NCBI RefSeq assembly: GCF_009914755.1
Contig: NC_060925.1
Source of the DNA: the human T2T-CHM13v2.0 reference genome, Homo sapiens
DNA length: 64,000 nt
Strand: one strand, 5' to 3'
Within the stretch, counting starts at the first letter, position 1. Every line of letters starts with the position of its first letter. The notes under the pieces were generated by a model. It was not told the origin of the DNA. It did not search any database and saw only the letters and a program-made list of their open reading frames with translations. The position numbers and the translations under genes are program-made. This document shows, piece after piece, positions 41,471-56,000 of the stretch.

Positions 41471-43405
41471 ATCAGGAATATTTTTATGTTGATGTGAATC
41501 AGACTCCAAGCTTTAGATCAGAAGTATTTGACTAAGCATTAACCATTCCAGCTAAGAGATCAGTGTTTGTCATTCAAAATAGCTGAGGTGGTTGGGAGAG
41601 GACAGCCAGTATTCCCCAAATGTAATCAGGTTCCAATGAATATACAGTTACCATTTATTCCTCTTCTTTCCCCACTGTGAATCCTAACAGCTCCTCCTCA
41701 CCAAGCAGTGAGTACACCCTTGGATTCCCCAAACGATTGCTGATTATGGGTCTAGAGAGTCAATGATGGCTGGCGAGTTAGGTCACTGAGTCTTTGAAAT
41801 GATGTTTTCTGGGAAATGCCTGAAAGGTTGATGGTACAATAGTAGATAAAAATAAACTCAAGATTAGTGTCTGGTTGCATAGAAAGTCTTGGTGATGGTG
41901 AGTAATCAGGAGGACAAAAATCAGAACAAGTCATCCAGGCTCCTCACTTAGCAATTCTTTTCATAAGGCAAGCAGGAGGAGAGAAAAAAAATCCCCTAAA
42001 TAACAGTAGTCACTAAAAAAAGCATTAAGTGCTTCTTTTTGGTAGAGTTTATCCCTCTCCAAGGATGTATTTTCCTGTAACTTTTCCTATAGGTGGATTT
42101 TGAAATGGAGACTATTAAATAAATACAACAGCCATACTGCATATGATGCTTTCAGATGCAAGTAAAAGAAAACCCAACTGAAGATGGCCTACCCAATACA
42201 GAAAATTATTGTATTGTATGATTGAAAAAAATGAAGTGGTGGAGTAAGTTTCATGCATGGTTGGATCGAAGTTCTGTCTGTTTTCTGTGGGGTTCTTACC
42301 CCTGCAATGTTCTCTGCATCTATTTTATTCTCAGCCTGGCCTCCTTCCTGGTGTCAAGGTCTCACTCCTGTGCATACTATACCATCTAGAATAAAAAGCT
42401 GACTGTAAACCTGGAATATCTAGAAAAAGGCCCAATTGGATTGGTGTAGTTCACTACTTTTCCTTGCTGCAGTCATTACAGGCAGGGGAATAAAACACCT
42501 CGATTGCCTTAATCTCAGTTGCCTGTTCACTCCTGACCACAGAAATCCCTGGAAGGACATTGGGAGCTTATCTAGAAAGGAGAACAGGGAATGGAAACCG
42601 AAGATGCAATGCAGGAGTCCACTACAGTATGTATCTTCATTTAGAGCACAGTTAAGGTGTAATTTTATTTTTCATGATTAGATCACTTACTTTTGTCACC
42701 TTATCATGAAGCTGTATGCTGCATGGGCACTGGAGACAGTGCTTGACCACAGCTGGAAGAGCACACAATTGGAGACATCTTTCTAGTCCTGAGATGATGG
42801 CTTTTTTCACATCATTAACACTATTGCTCTTGTGAACAACCCCCATGTTTTTTTCTTATCTTACACAATTTGTGACTCATCTAATTCATCTTGGATATTT
42901 GTTCCAGATTCTTACTGCTTCCCTAGTAGGTTCTGATTTGACAAGTCTTGGATGAGGTGATGACTGGATATTTCGATGTTTGGCAAGGTATTCAGGTGAT
43001 TCCTATTATCAAGCCAGTTTAGGAAATAGTAAACTCTAATTGATCATGCTTTTTAGTGCTGGCTGCTAGGGAACTTAGAGTGGAAGCTGCAGGCTAATTC
43101 TTGAAAAGTGTTCAGGCCTGTATGGCATGAATTATGGATACTAATAATTGTTTTGGCTTCCTATTTTTTTATCTTTATTTTCTTTTTCTTCTGCATTTTC
43201 TCATTAGGCACAATTTTATTGTCTCGTTAAAAAATATGCTATCTTACATTCTTTTTGGAAAGAAGTAGAATATCTCAGGATTCCAGCAGAAAACAGAAGA
43301 CACACTCAGTGAGGATTTTTGAATAGACTCTTTCATAAAGGACTATTTACAGAGGTGTGGGAACCAACAAGAGATGTTGCCATGATCAACAGCAGGCTGG
43401 AGAGG

Positions 43406-43877
43406 TTTATTAGTTTCCTAGGCTGCTGTCACAAATTGACACAGACTTAGTGACTTAAAACAACAGAAATGTATTCGCTTACAGCTTGGGAGACCAGAAA
43501 TCCAAGGTGAGTTTCCCTGGGTTAAAGTGAAGGTGTTGGCCCGGCTGGTTCCTTCTGGAGGCTCCGATGGAGACTGTTCTTTGCTTTTTCAGCCTCTGGT
43601 TGCTGCTGGCATTCCTTCGTTTGTGTTTGTGTCACTACATTCTCTGCTTCTCTGGCACATGGACTCTTCTTCTGCATCCAGTTTTCCTCTGTCTTCCTCT
43701 CATAAGCATGCGTGTGGTAGCATTTAGCGTCCACCCAGGCAATCTAGATTAATCTCTCACCTCAAGCTCCTTAACTGAATCACATCTGCAAGTACTTTTT
43801 GTCATATAAGGCAACATTCACAGGTGCCAGAGATCAGGAGCTGGCTATCTTTGGGTGCCGTTATTCAGCCTCCCACA
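43406..43877 (-). mobile_element. MLT1 (MaLR) solo LTR, apparently nested in an older MLT1-like LTR (~43270-44160)
   Basis: TATTAGTTTCCTAGGCTGCTGT...CTTAAAACAACAGAAAT...CACA termini; near-TSD AGAGG/GGAGG. Confidence 0.85.
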
Positions 43878-46800
43878 GGAGGAATGTTGCTGCTGAATCC
43901 TGGAGCTGAGGTTGAGGCAGAGAAGGCACCCAGCTGTGGCTGTGGGTAGAGGGCACAGCCACTGCCATAATGGTGTCCCTTATCACCTTAGGGAGGGAGC
44001 AGGAGGAAGAAATATGCTCTTTCCTCAGCCACCTCCCACCACCTGCCCCAATCTCCTGCCGGTGCATCCCATCAGCTAAAGCAGAAGATGAGATCCACTG
44101 AAGTCAACCCCCTGGGTACAGCGTAGGTCAGAAAAGAGCAAAGAATGGATCTAAAGGAAAGCCAGTATGCAGATGGGCATAAATACCAGACCACTGTCGA
44201 GCTGTGGGCATGATCACAGTCCTGGGCTCTGAGCAGTGTTTCTCAGAGGAGCATCCAGTGCTAGAGTTGGCTGCTCGGTACACAGACACATGCTCCAGAG
44301 TTTTCATGGCATCTTGGGTCTGGGCCCTTCCAGTTAGGAGGAGACAGTCTGAGAGATTGGAGGCCGAGTTTCAGTCCAGGTTTTGGGTTTCTCTTTGTTA
44401 TCCCCAGTGCCCCAGTCTATGGTGGAAAAGGCTATTTTGTTGATGCTAAAGGGAATGAGCAGTAATAAGATCCCAGGCTTTCAGGAAACTACACTCTGAA
44501 ATCAGCACCACCTCTTTCTGTCAGAAGTTTCCATTCCCAGGAAATTACACTGGGAATGTACACTTCTTCAGGAAGCCCATGCTGTTCTCGAGGCAAGTGG
44601 AATTGTGATATCTTGCATGCCATAGCTGCCATCTCCCTATAGAAATTTTAAAAGGGAGCTTGCATCAGCAAGGGACAGGGATCCGACCGTGGTAGTGCTG
44701 GTGAGCCCAAGGGCTGCAGGCCCAGTCTCTGTCCCGAAGCTTTGGTCCACTGAGTCCACAGCTTTTCTTCCTCTCTGGCACTTCCTAACATGCACCCCCT
44801 CCCTTCCTCTCCTAGGGCCACCTGTCAGCCATGCCTGCAGCCATCAATTCAGCCCTTTATCTCCTCCTCCCCCATATCTCTCCCAGTTGAGACTTGATAG
44901 GCCATTCCTGGCAAACCCAGCTGGGATTGACATCAGGTGTTTTGGGAAGTGCCCATGTCCAAATTCCTGCCTTCTAATGATTGCCCTGATTTTTTTAAAT
45001 AGACATTTGAAACTAAAGACAAAACCAGCTGCTTCTTGAGAGCAAAAAAGCAAAACATAAAAAGAATCTCCCATATAACTCCCTCCCCCTAAAGCTCAAA
45101 CCAATAAAATGAATCCAGCCAATAATTCAATCTTCCTGCCTTGTTCACTGTGACTAAAGCAGACAGAAGCAGCACAGCAGGGACCCCTCATTGACGAGGA
45201 ATGTATCATTAGTAATTTTATTAGCTTTAATATAGCCAACAGGGGCTACTGATAGTTTCGGTATTCTTTTCCTGAGGGATTCCCCCCCTCCAAAGGACAA
45301 ATGCTCTACAGCCCTGACATTTAATTGCCTTTATACTTTAGTGTAGCTTGGTTGAATGAAAAACTTTTCAAAATTCCATCACTGAAAAAGGATTCAACAA
45401 TTTGTAATATATATAAATTTGCCACTGGTACTTTTCTTTTACAAATTTCTCAGTGCTTAGAAGCATACCTACTATAGTTATTATAATAATTCTGGGCAGG
45501 TAGACACTCATTTGTCATGGTTGAAAGCAATTTATTTTCAGTGGGAATGCTTTAAAATGTTTTGTTTGGACAGAAATGGCCATCCATTAATTGGTAATTT
45601 AAGCAAGTTACTCAAAGTCAGGCAATTAGGTTAATGAGAAGTTGGCCTTTGAAGTTGAATAGGAGCAGGGATGACCTCACCACTCCTTAAGAAGACATCA
45701 AATCAATTTGGTGTAAAAGGTAGAGGGACTGAGTCCCCTCCTCCAGTTTCAAGGAAAGATCATGCACATGCATATTTAGCTCCAAGCATGGAAATTGGAT
45801 GGTGGGCCCCTCAGGCTTTCTGGCAACCACCCCTCTACTATCGAGGAAGAAGCAACAGCTGCCCCAGCTATATCACAGGGAAAGATGACAGCCTGGATTA
45901 GGCCATGCATGGAGGCCAGAAACCGTTGAGGGAGCAACTCCAGAGAGACATGACAGAACCACAGACACATGGAGTGCCCCAAATTGAAGCAGATGGAATT
46001 GCCGATAAATGAGTTGAAATGGTAGAGGTCCCTACAGTGGATTTACTTGAGAGCTACTCCATGGAGGGGCAATTTCAGGGGGGCCCCGGCTGCCTTTAGA
46101 TGTTAATCAGAGGTATTCATATGTTCTGTCATTCACCTTTCAAAGGAAGGTGTCAAATGTCTTGATGAAATGCCTCCCATGCTTACCTAGACACGGGGAA
46201 TCAGCCACTCTGTTGACAAATGACTCAGGGCGAATCAATAGAATGAGGGTCAGGCTTGGCTAGACTCATGGTCAGAGGGCAAGAGTAATTATGTCATAAG
46301 AAGTCTATGGGGCAGAACCCAGCCAAGGCCATGGTCCACTTTTGAAGGTAAAATCTGGAATCAAGGGATTGTTATAAGGGATGGGAGTATAGGAGTGAAG
46401 AACTCAAAAGGACCAGACTCTGTTATAGCAGCCAGCTCTTGCCAAATCCACTTATTGCAACAGTCCCACCACCATGTATAGATGCCTGGGTATAGTAAGT
46501 AGCAGAACTGCCTAATACCATCAGTGCCTGCAAAATACAAGTGATCTAGCAGTGTGGGAGGTTTTCTGGGAGAAATGGGCCACCTAGGTCATGCTTAGCT
46601 GCAGGGAGGGGTAAGCCCTGTGGGGAAACAAATGATGGGTGAGTTCACATTATTAAATAACTGGGCTGAATTTAAGGAGGAGGGAAAAATATTACTGCAG
46701 AAACCAGGTTGATTTTGAAGTCTGCTACTGGCAGTTGCCACATGCCTGTGACATCTCTCATGCACCTCAGAATAGACTCTCCCCTCTGGAAGGCACCATC

Positions 46801-49800
46801 GTGCATCCTCTAGATTTGGGGAGATAGATTTCTTTATGTTGCTGATAGGAGGAGGAAGAAGAAGCTGCTGTGAGGGAGGAGGTATTTACTTTGGCAGGCG
46901 GCTGATGCTAGAAATGCCTGGGGCCATGTACAAATAGTTGGCTGGTGCTGCCAGGCCCTCCACTGTGGGTTACTCATCTCTCCCTGCTTTAATCCTTTCC
47001 TTTCCTCCAAAAACTGCCCAGTTGACTTCTTTCCCACTCTAGGGCTATCCTGGATGCCTCTTTTAACCTGATGTCACCTGGAACATGTGGAAGTGCCCAA
47101 TGTGACTATCTAGGGCTCTGGGCTCTGAGTCCTGTGAGGGTTAATCCTTCATGCCTCATTCCTTCATGATTTTCTCTTCTTTTTGTTGGAGTTAGAGAAT
47201 CAGGGTGAGCTCTCCCTAGAAAACTATTGTGCATGGCCTTGTTTATCTTGGTCAGCCTTGTGTTTGAGGCACCATACCCAGTTCAGTTACCCAGGCTGTT
47301 CAACATATGGAAGCATGCTCAGAGTGTGGTGTAAGGTGTGGGATAACTTGGATCCCCATAAACCTATGACAGGTGGAGATATTGTGGCCAAAGTCGGCCC
47401 TGCCAAGATGGTGCTAGACTGAACGACAGCACTACTCTGGACCAAAGAAGTGTCAGAGGCAAGCTTCAGGGAGCTGAGGTGGGCACTTCTAGGGGAGCTA
47501 CCTCCCCTCCTGAGTTGCTTCATTTGTAGGCTACTCAGATTAGGGTTTTTAGGACATCCTGCTAATTTCAGCTTAAATCGTTATGGACCTCTAATGTGCC
47601 AGGCACTGTACTAGGTTCTTGGGAAATAGCAACCAACAAGAGAATCATTGTTTCTGCTTTCATGGAACTTAGAGTCAAACCTAGATACAGGTAAGAGGAC
47701 GACAAATCATAATGCGATGTGGTAATACATGCTAGGACTGTAAGAGAATTACTGAATGCTGCAGGAAGTCAGAGAAGACTTTTTGGAAGATGCCATGTCT
47801 CAATTGGGACCTTTAGAATATTTTTCAGGCATAAAGAGAAACATCTTTAAAGATCTGGAAGAAAGAGAGGGCATAGCACATCCCAGAATGTAGAGTAAGG
47901 ATGCAGAGTAGAGAGCTGGGTTAGAAACTTAACTGCATAATACAACCTCTGATCCCTACCAGCTGGGAAAATCCACTTAGCCATGTACGGAGCTTCTTCC
48001 AGGTACTGAGCTCTGAGTTAGGTATTGTCAGGATCCCCAAGATGGGTCAGACAGGACTGCTGTCTTCAATGAGCTCTGCCCATTACCCATATGTCTGAGG
48101 AGAAACACATTTCCACCCTTTCTGGAGCTCTACAGGGAGGGACTGCTCTTTGCTAGAATGATCTTACCTGCCTCCAACACCTGTCCATTAAAGCAAGCCC
48201 TGAACAAGAGGCCGACATCCACAAGTTAGAGATGTTGTGCTTTGAATACTACCAGCTGGTTGTTGCAACCTCCTAGTGAGTGACTTACACCCAGTCCTCC
48301 CTCCTTGTTCTTCTGTGATTAAAGACCCTAAAGGCTTAACAGGCATGGCTGGGCTAAATGTTCCAGTTGACATTATTTGCCACCAGGACCTTCCTCTTTT
48401 GCTTCCGACTTTTTTTCCAATTGTGCAGAAAATTGTTCTTCATTCTTTCCAATCTGTCCACATCCTTTTTCCTCCACTTACATTTCAAAATAAGGTGTAC
48501 CTCTTCCAGGAAGGTTGCCCTTGTTAATTCTACCCATCATCCTGGAGTGGCCAATGGCCTCTATCCCAGAATAATTGTTGTATTTTTTGTATGATGCATT
48601 CAGTCATTTGTGTAGTTTCATTTTGCAGTTTCCTCAGTGGAAGTTGTATTTTCACCTTTGCTGCCGCTTATGCAGTTTTGAGACCCGTACACCAGGTGGT
48701 GGTAGTTTCCTCATGCTCTGATTGTACATTCTGAATAATTTGCAGAGGAGGAAAATGGAAGGGGTGAGCTAATTTTTAATCAAGTATCTTTCATGTGCCA
48801 GGCCTCTGCACAATGTTTGATTTAATCATCAGAAATAATCTATATGAGGCAGATATTGTTTTCATTTTAAAGTTAAGGAAACTAGGTTTTGAGGGGGAAG
48901 TAAAGTAACTTCCCCAAACTCACCATCCTTCATGGTGAAGATGGAATTGGTATCAGGTCTGGGCCCTCCAGCTTTGGTTTTAAGACGAATACATGTATGT
49001 CTTTTCTATGTGGTTATACAAACAATAATGAAGTCAATCACCATTGCAGAGCAACTGTTCTAACAACACCTCAGGTATAATTTGGTATCTTCTTCACTAA
49101 TTCTTGAATTGTGATAATCCAAGTATTTGTAGGTGGGCAGAAAAACTGACATGAACAGTCCTTCTTGGAAGAGGAAGAAAAATAAAAGCCTTTAAAGCAT
49201 CTTATATCCCGAAAGTATGTTTCCCTGCAACCACATTCTCTGTAATTTCTAATTTGCCATTTGCTTTACTTTGAGGAAGGAATTCCCTCTCCCAATGAGT
49301 TGAGAGCTGGGAGACTTGGGTTCTAGACCCAAGTAACTGAGTATATTCCTTGAAGTATGTCTCTTCTTTCCTCTGGGTTTCAACTCCCCATTTGTGAAAT
49401 ACGGAGGTTTTAATAACACCATTGCAACCCTCTTCTGTATCTGGTTGATTATTTGGCTGTTGTATGGCCACCACTTAACTCACTCAAAAATATGAAGACA
49501 TGGCACCACCAGGCACTGCCTCTTCTGGGGTTGGTTCATGTCGTACTTCAATAATCAAAATAATCAAGCTTCCTCTAAAAGAATTTGTTTCACAACTGAT
49601 GATAATTTTCTGGATATCCTACCCAAGTCCCCCTCCCCCAGTTTTGGCACTTTGTTTCCATGATCAAATTGTGTCACTTCTCTGGTGAATACCTTCTTTG
49701 TGTTTTTGGTCATTCTCAGACCAGGGAGAGTATGTATGTATGCATTTGTTCATTCATTCATTCATTCAGTCTTTACAGTTATGTTCTCTATCTTGCAGCA

Positions 49801-50344
49801 GGAATGTCTGCAGTTCTCATTTTTTCCCTGTCATTTGACTATGAGTTCCTATCCTCTGGCTTTTTTGGTAGGGATTCTTGAACATACCAAAGGGGTTAAC
49901 TGCCTCAATGAAGCATCACACTGGCCATATACCAGCCTCTGTGCCAGGTGCTGTGGGAATTAGATGTGGTTTTTTGCTTTCCAGGGGCTCAGAGCACAGT
50001 GGAGAAGAGAGATGAGCAGACAGCTGATCATAGCACACCAGTGAATGCCACAACATGTGGGGGTTGTGTAGTGACTGTGTGCCTCAGGGACACTAGTCAG
50101 AGCTGCAGTGAAATCTGCTTGGCCTGTGGAGAAGCAGAAAGGACGACGGTGGCTTCAGGGAGGCGACATGGGCGCTGGGCCTCAGAGGATACGAGGTACT
50201 GCTGACCAGGTGGATAAAGTGTGGAATGGCTCTAAGTCACCTGGGGGGTCTGATTAAGGCCTGCGTCTTAGGCTGGGTCTCTATGTCATATGAGTAGACG
50301 GGACAAAAATAGATCCGTATTATGAATTTGCTGTATTTTCTGTC

Positions 50345-50468
50345 AAAAGGAAGGATACTCAAAGTGATGGATGCCTCAAATACTGACTTGATCATTACAC
50401 ATTCTACATATGTAACAAAATGTCACATGTACCCCATTAATATGTAAATATTATTAAAATAAAAAATA
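50345..50468 (+). mobile_element. L1MA 3' end fragment
   Basis: L1MA-type 3'UTR plus A-rich tail. Confidence 0.75.
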
Positions 50469-51564
50469 GTTATTTTTATGTAAGAAAAATAATCACAACT
50501 TCTCTTATTTGAATATCACAACCAATAAACATTCTGCTCCCAGTAATATTTCCTGTCACATTACTTCCTAGTTACTTCACAAAATTGACGCATGCACCTA
50601 ACAAAGATAGGATGCTAACACAAAAAAACTATATCCTGCATAGATTCTGGTATTCCGTACAGATCATTCTGTACTAAGGTATCAGTCAGAGAAGAAACTT
50701 TATTGAGTATGATTCTGAACATGAGCTGTATTTTCAGGTTCCCTTGCTGGTCCTTGGCATAATGTTAAGGAGAAGGGCTTCAGGTGATGAGACACTGGAG
50801 ACCAATTTGGCAGTTCTGGCTGAGCTATGATCTCCTGCTTGACTTGACTCCTACACAAGGCTTTGTGTCTAACCATGCTCAGCCCTGACCCATTCTGGCT
50901 CTCTATGAATGCTGTTCAGCTGGCCCACCCTACTGTAAGAGGAAGGGGCAGGTCTGAGCTCCGCTTTCCTATAGTTGGGGAATAGAGGCAGAGAGAGAGA
51001 GTCCAGGAGACCCCTTCAGGGGCATATGCAATGCCAGGGGCTGGGGGCTATGCAGAGACTGGAATTGGCTCTCAGGCTTTCAGTTCCTGGGGCCATAGTA
51101 CTTGAAAACCATGCAGGTGATGGGACTCACTCAGGTCCATTCTTCCTTCATCTATAATCTTGCATGAAGGCCAAAGTGTGCAGTGAAGCCATTGGTCCTC
51201 AGGTGTGGCAGTTATTATTTCCTCCCCTTGACAAGTCACTTAGACACCTTGAGCCTCAGTTTGCTCATTCTCCCCCTTAGAGGGCTCTTGTAGGGTTATA
51301 CAAAATAGTGTCCATGTAAGCCATTGTGGAGATGGACATTTTCTCAGTTTTATTAACGGAATTTGTTCAAAAAAGTTTATTATTAATACAGTACGACTTC
51401 TTTTTATTAGCACTCTATCTTTGTTAGGTGTATGTGTCAATGTTGTAAAGTGACTAGGAAGTAATGTGTTATGACTTGAAATATTATTGGGAGCAGCACA
51501 TTTCTTGGCTAGTGGTATTCAAATAAGAGAGGTTGTGATTATTTTTCTTACATAAAAATAACCA

Positions 51565-51881
51565 TTTTTATTGATATACAATATTTTACATATTTATGGG
51601 GTACATGTGACATTTTGTTACATACGTAGAATGTGTAATGATGAAGTCAGAGTATTTGAGGTGTCTCTCACTTTGAGTATTTACCATTTCTATATGTTGA
51701 GAACAATTCAAGTACTCTGTTCTATTTTGAAATATACAATACATTGTTGTTCACTGTAGTCACACTACCCTGCTGTCAAACAATAGATCCTATGCCTTTC
51801 ATCTAACTGTATGTTCATACCCATACCTCTTTTTGTCCCCCCTCCTATCTACCTTACCCTTCCCTGCCTGTAATATCTATC
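51565..51881 (-). mobile_element. L1MA 3' end (~320 bp) with TSD
   Basis: L1MA 3'UTR; TSD AAAAATAAC(C/A)ATTTTT at 51554-51569 and 51882-51897. Confidence 0.85.
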
Positions 51882-51899
51882 AAAAATAACAATTTTTGT

Positions 51900-53000
51900 T
51901 TATAAACATAACACATATAATTCACAGAAAACTTTAGAAACTTTAGAATAGACCCCACCAAAAAAATTCTCTGCTTCCATTACCTCATTACCAACTTCCA
52001 TTTTCATGTGAAGGTGCCTGTGCTATTTCATGACTTGCTTATTTTGCTTGTTCCGTTTACCACTAAGGTGGGGAGCATTTCCCTGTAGCAATATTTGCTG
52101 TGTAGCAACACTGAACAGCTATACAATCATTTAACAAACATTTAAAAGTTTATCAAACTTTTAAACTTCTTAATGCTGCAATAAGTATATTTATAGATAA
52201 ATCTTTGTATTCATCTTAAAAATATTACCTTAGGGTACATTCTGTAAAATAATATTATGGCCCGATAATATTATGGTTTTCTTTTCTTTTTGCTATTTTG
52301 TTTGCTGTGAATTTTTATTTTCTGTTTTCTGGTTCTAGCAGGAGCTTATGAATTGCACATGTTTCCAACCTCTCCCAAATGCTTGATATAATAATGAAAA
52401 GAAATCTTTCCCAATATGATAGGCAAAAGTGGTGAAGGAGATCTCATTTTAATTTGAATGTCTTTTGTTACCAGTGAGGTTCTATATTTTCATATGTGTA
52501 TTAATCGTTGGTATTTTTATTTTATTTGAATCAATTTTGAGCTAATGTCTTCTGCACATTTGTGACTGGGGTGTTGTTTCTTTCATGATTTCTTGTAAGA
52601 TTCCTATATAAATTAAGACATTAACTCTTCATATGCAAATACTTTTTCCAGTGTTATTTCTCCTTTAATTTTGTTTATGTTTTTTTAATATTCAGAAAAT
52701 GTAACTTTTTATGTAGTCAATATTTCAATTTTTTTCTTTATGATTTCTGCTATACAAAGTTCTTCCGAAGCTGACATTATATAAATATTTATTAATAGGT
52801 TCTTCGGATTTTTTAATGAAGTCCAGTAATGATTTACCTTATAATATAGTGAACTGTCATTTATCTGGAATTTATTCTGGTGTGTAGTACTGAATCTTAT
52901 TTGATATTTTCAGATAGTTATTAGATTATTTCATCACTTATTGAATAATTTATCTTTCTTTTACTGATTTTGAATGTCACCTTTAAGAGATTCTATTTTT
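51900..53000 (-). mobile_element. Highly diverged L1ME-type fragment
   Basis: T-rich, with L1 antisense motifs (ATCTCATTTTAATTTG, TTTATGTAGTCAA). Confidence 0.55.
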
Positions 53001-56000
53001 AAATAAGAAAAACATCTTCATTGCAGAAGCGCATTACTTTTTCAATGTTATAAAAAACATGTTTTTAGTTGTTGAGATATATGGAAATAGTGAGAACAGT
53101 TCTAGGAAGGAAGGAAGAGTAATGGTAGCAGTAATAACAATGTTAACACAGAACCAACTGAAATCTCAGCAAAGACCCAAAATTCTACTTCACTGGTTCT
53201 GACAAGTTCATCACGCTAAGGTCTATCTGTTAGAAGTACACATTTAGTTCCTTGTTGCCTTTATTCTAGCAAACATATATTTAGTGACTACTTCTGGACT
53301 AAATTCCAGAGGGGTCTGAAACATAAATAAAATATAGTCTCTGTCCTTGAGTTTCTCATCAACTGGTGGGGAAGCATATTATCTCGGAGGGCTTTTACCT
53401 CCAGTAAACAAAATGCTCAACTAAAAATGGCTTCAACTAGACGTATGGTGGAATGCAGTTGCTGATGCTAGTTTAGCAGCTTAAAGATAACAGGGCTCTG
53501 GGTTGTCATCTCTTGGATGTTTTTGGCCTTCTCTGTCTTTACTGCAAAAAAGTTGCAGCTGCTCTGGTCATCACACCCTCATTAATCCATGATGGAAAGC
53601 AGGGGACAATAAGCAATGTGTTGCAGGAAAGTTTCCCCTCATGGTGCTTCCCTCTTATCATAGAGGAAAATCTTTCCAGAAACCCTCTAGCTGACTTCCT
53701 CTCTCATCTTATAGATCAGAAATGGGTCATATGCCCATTCTTAGACCAGAAGTTGGGTCCACTTCCAGACACCAGTGCATCTCTGGCCATACTAAATAAA
53801 ATTCTGGTTCTGTGACTAAGGGGGCTAATGACTTTTGAAGAGGCAAGTAATAGTGTCTGCCACAGAGAGATACACACGTATACAAATCTCTCTCTCTCTC
53901 CACAAAAACGTAAAATAAGTACTTACAGAGGGATTCTAATATCTGTTGTGCTTCCTGCTGCCTTAGTACACCTAAACCCTCTGAGTCTCCGTTTTCTCAC
54001 CTGTAAACTGGAGAAATTAGTAACTTTGCCCAGACACAGGGCTAAATAAGAATCATTTTAGATGAGTGCTTTGTGAATCATAAGGTGTTAAACACTTATT
54101 CTTGTTAGTGTCTTAATGTAAACACTGTCCCTTATGGGACAACCTATGTGGTCCTGCTGATCTGTAGTTTGGCATGGTGAATTTGGGCATGGAAATGGGG
54201 CAAAGGGCAGGGCTTCAACAGGGCTGGGACCAGGGTCAGTTTAGGCACAAAGCTGGGACATTGGAAAGAGCTGGAAGCTGATCATTACATTTCTGTGCAC
54301 AAATCCAGAGCCGGATCAGGAACTGGGAAAGTGGTTTTCCTCTCTGGCAATGGTCTGTGTATGGTGGATGTTGACAATGAGGAATGGTGAATTTGCAGGC
54401 ATTTACTTGATGCTTTCTCTGCTGGGTGTGGGCTTCTGAATAGAAAGCTCCCCAGAGATAGATAGCCTGCTCAAATCCTTCCGCAGGCTGGTGAGGGTAG
54501 TGGCAGAGGACTTGCCTCCCCTCAGACAAAGCGCTGTAGCTCAACCTTTAAAAACAACTTGGACAGGAGGAAAAATTGAGTTAGTTGGAATGGGAGGTCT
54601 GTCAAGGGAGGACTCAAAGGGGGACCTTGGTGATTAAGTTCAACCGTTTCCTTTTTGTGGGTGTAGGAGAGAAATATTTCTGAATTTGCCCTGACCTTTT
54701 AAACTTTAGCCTGCTTGCTAAGCTGGTTGAAGCCCAAGTTCCTCTTCTAACCACAAAAGTCCTTTGCTTTCTTCCTGGAAATGTGGAGCCCTGCCATTAC
54801 CCACATCTGCCAGAAACTCCCCTCTGTAAACCTTGCTTGAACCTTGGTTCACGTTTAACCAACCCGCTTCCATTTACTGAGGCAGCTTGGTAAACAGACG
54901 GCCCTAGGTGCAGTTAATAATCTTGTCATTTTTACCTTGTGGTCTCTTATATCTACCTTACCCATCCAGTTAAATTAAATTACCATCAGTCTCTTCCCCA
55001 CTAGGGTGAAGATTAATGGGCCTTCAGCTGTCCCCTTAGAACATATGCAATTGTCACGTACTGAAGAGAAATGCAGGGGCTAATAAATTATGCGCTGTCA
55101 TCATAGAGGCTGGTGGGCAATCCCAGAGTCCTTCTCAGTTCACGGGGTTTTGAGCTAGGCATGTGCAGGGTCAAGGATGGGCACCTTGTTACAGTACCCA
55201 TGAATGTTGATACCTCTGAGAGGTGCAGGAGAGGCTGGGATATTGTGACCATAGGAAGGGTATAGACTGTAAGCAGTTTCTAACGACGAGGCTCTGGGGG
55301 ACTTGGAGGCAGATAGGTAGATTCCCAGAATGGATGACCTCTAACTGGTTTCTAGGGAACAGCCACTCATTGCTACTACCTATCCCAGTGACTGGAAAAA
55401 CATGGTTTCCCTGTCCCAGGGACTTGTCTTCTGATTCCCCAGTAGGCTTGCTCCCTCTGCCCTTTAAATGTGGCTTTCTTGATCCTACCAATTCATTGAA
55501 TCCTGAGTTCCCACCTAGCACCTGTGAGACTCCCAGGAGTTTTCCAAAGAATCACCATATCACAAGCTCCTAACTGGGCTTGGAAAATGTGTGGTGATCC
55601 CGATGTCAGTGTCCCCCGAACACTCACCTATCCCCACCCTCTCCTTCTGACCAGTTGTTGGGAAAGCTTGCAAAATCATCAGTGGAAATAAACCCACTTC
55701 TATTTTAACAGAATGGATTTCCTTTGCAGTTGTCCATTCTTTTCTTGATGGATGGAGTTCTAAAAAGACGTAAAACATTTTAAAATAGAAATCTTATTGA
55801 TACCAAATATCCTTTCTGATGTCCCTAAGTAGAACCAGTTGGTAAAGCAATTCTCTTAATTCAGTTTGTGCAGTTGAATGCTTTTCCTCATTTCCTCTCT
55901 TGATTGTTAAATCTCAGGGAAACACTGACCTTGGCTAATGACATACTCTCTCTGTTCTGGGAACCATTTCCTCTGCTGGTTGAGTCTCTCTGAAGGGAAA

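Noticed and set aside
45650-47560. Unassigned sequence with short ORFs, possibly a pseudogene
   Set aside because: No recognisable protein similarity; more likely ancient repeat remnants. A Dfam or tblastx search would be needed.
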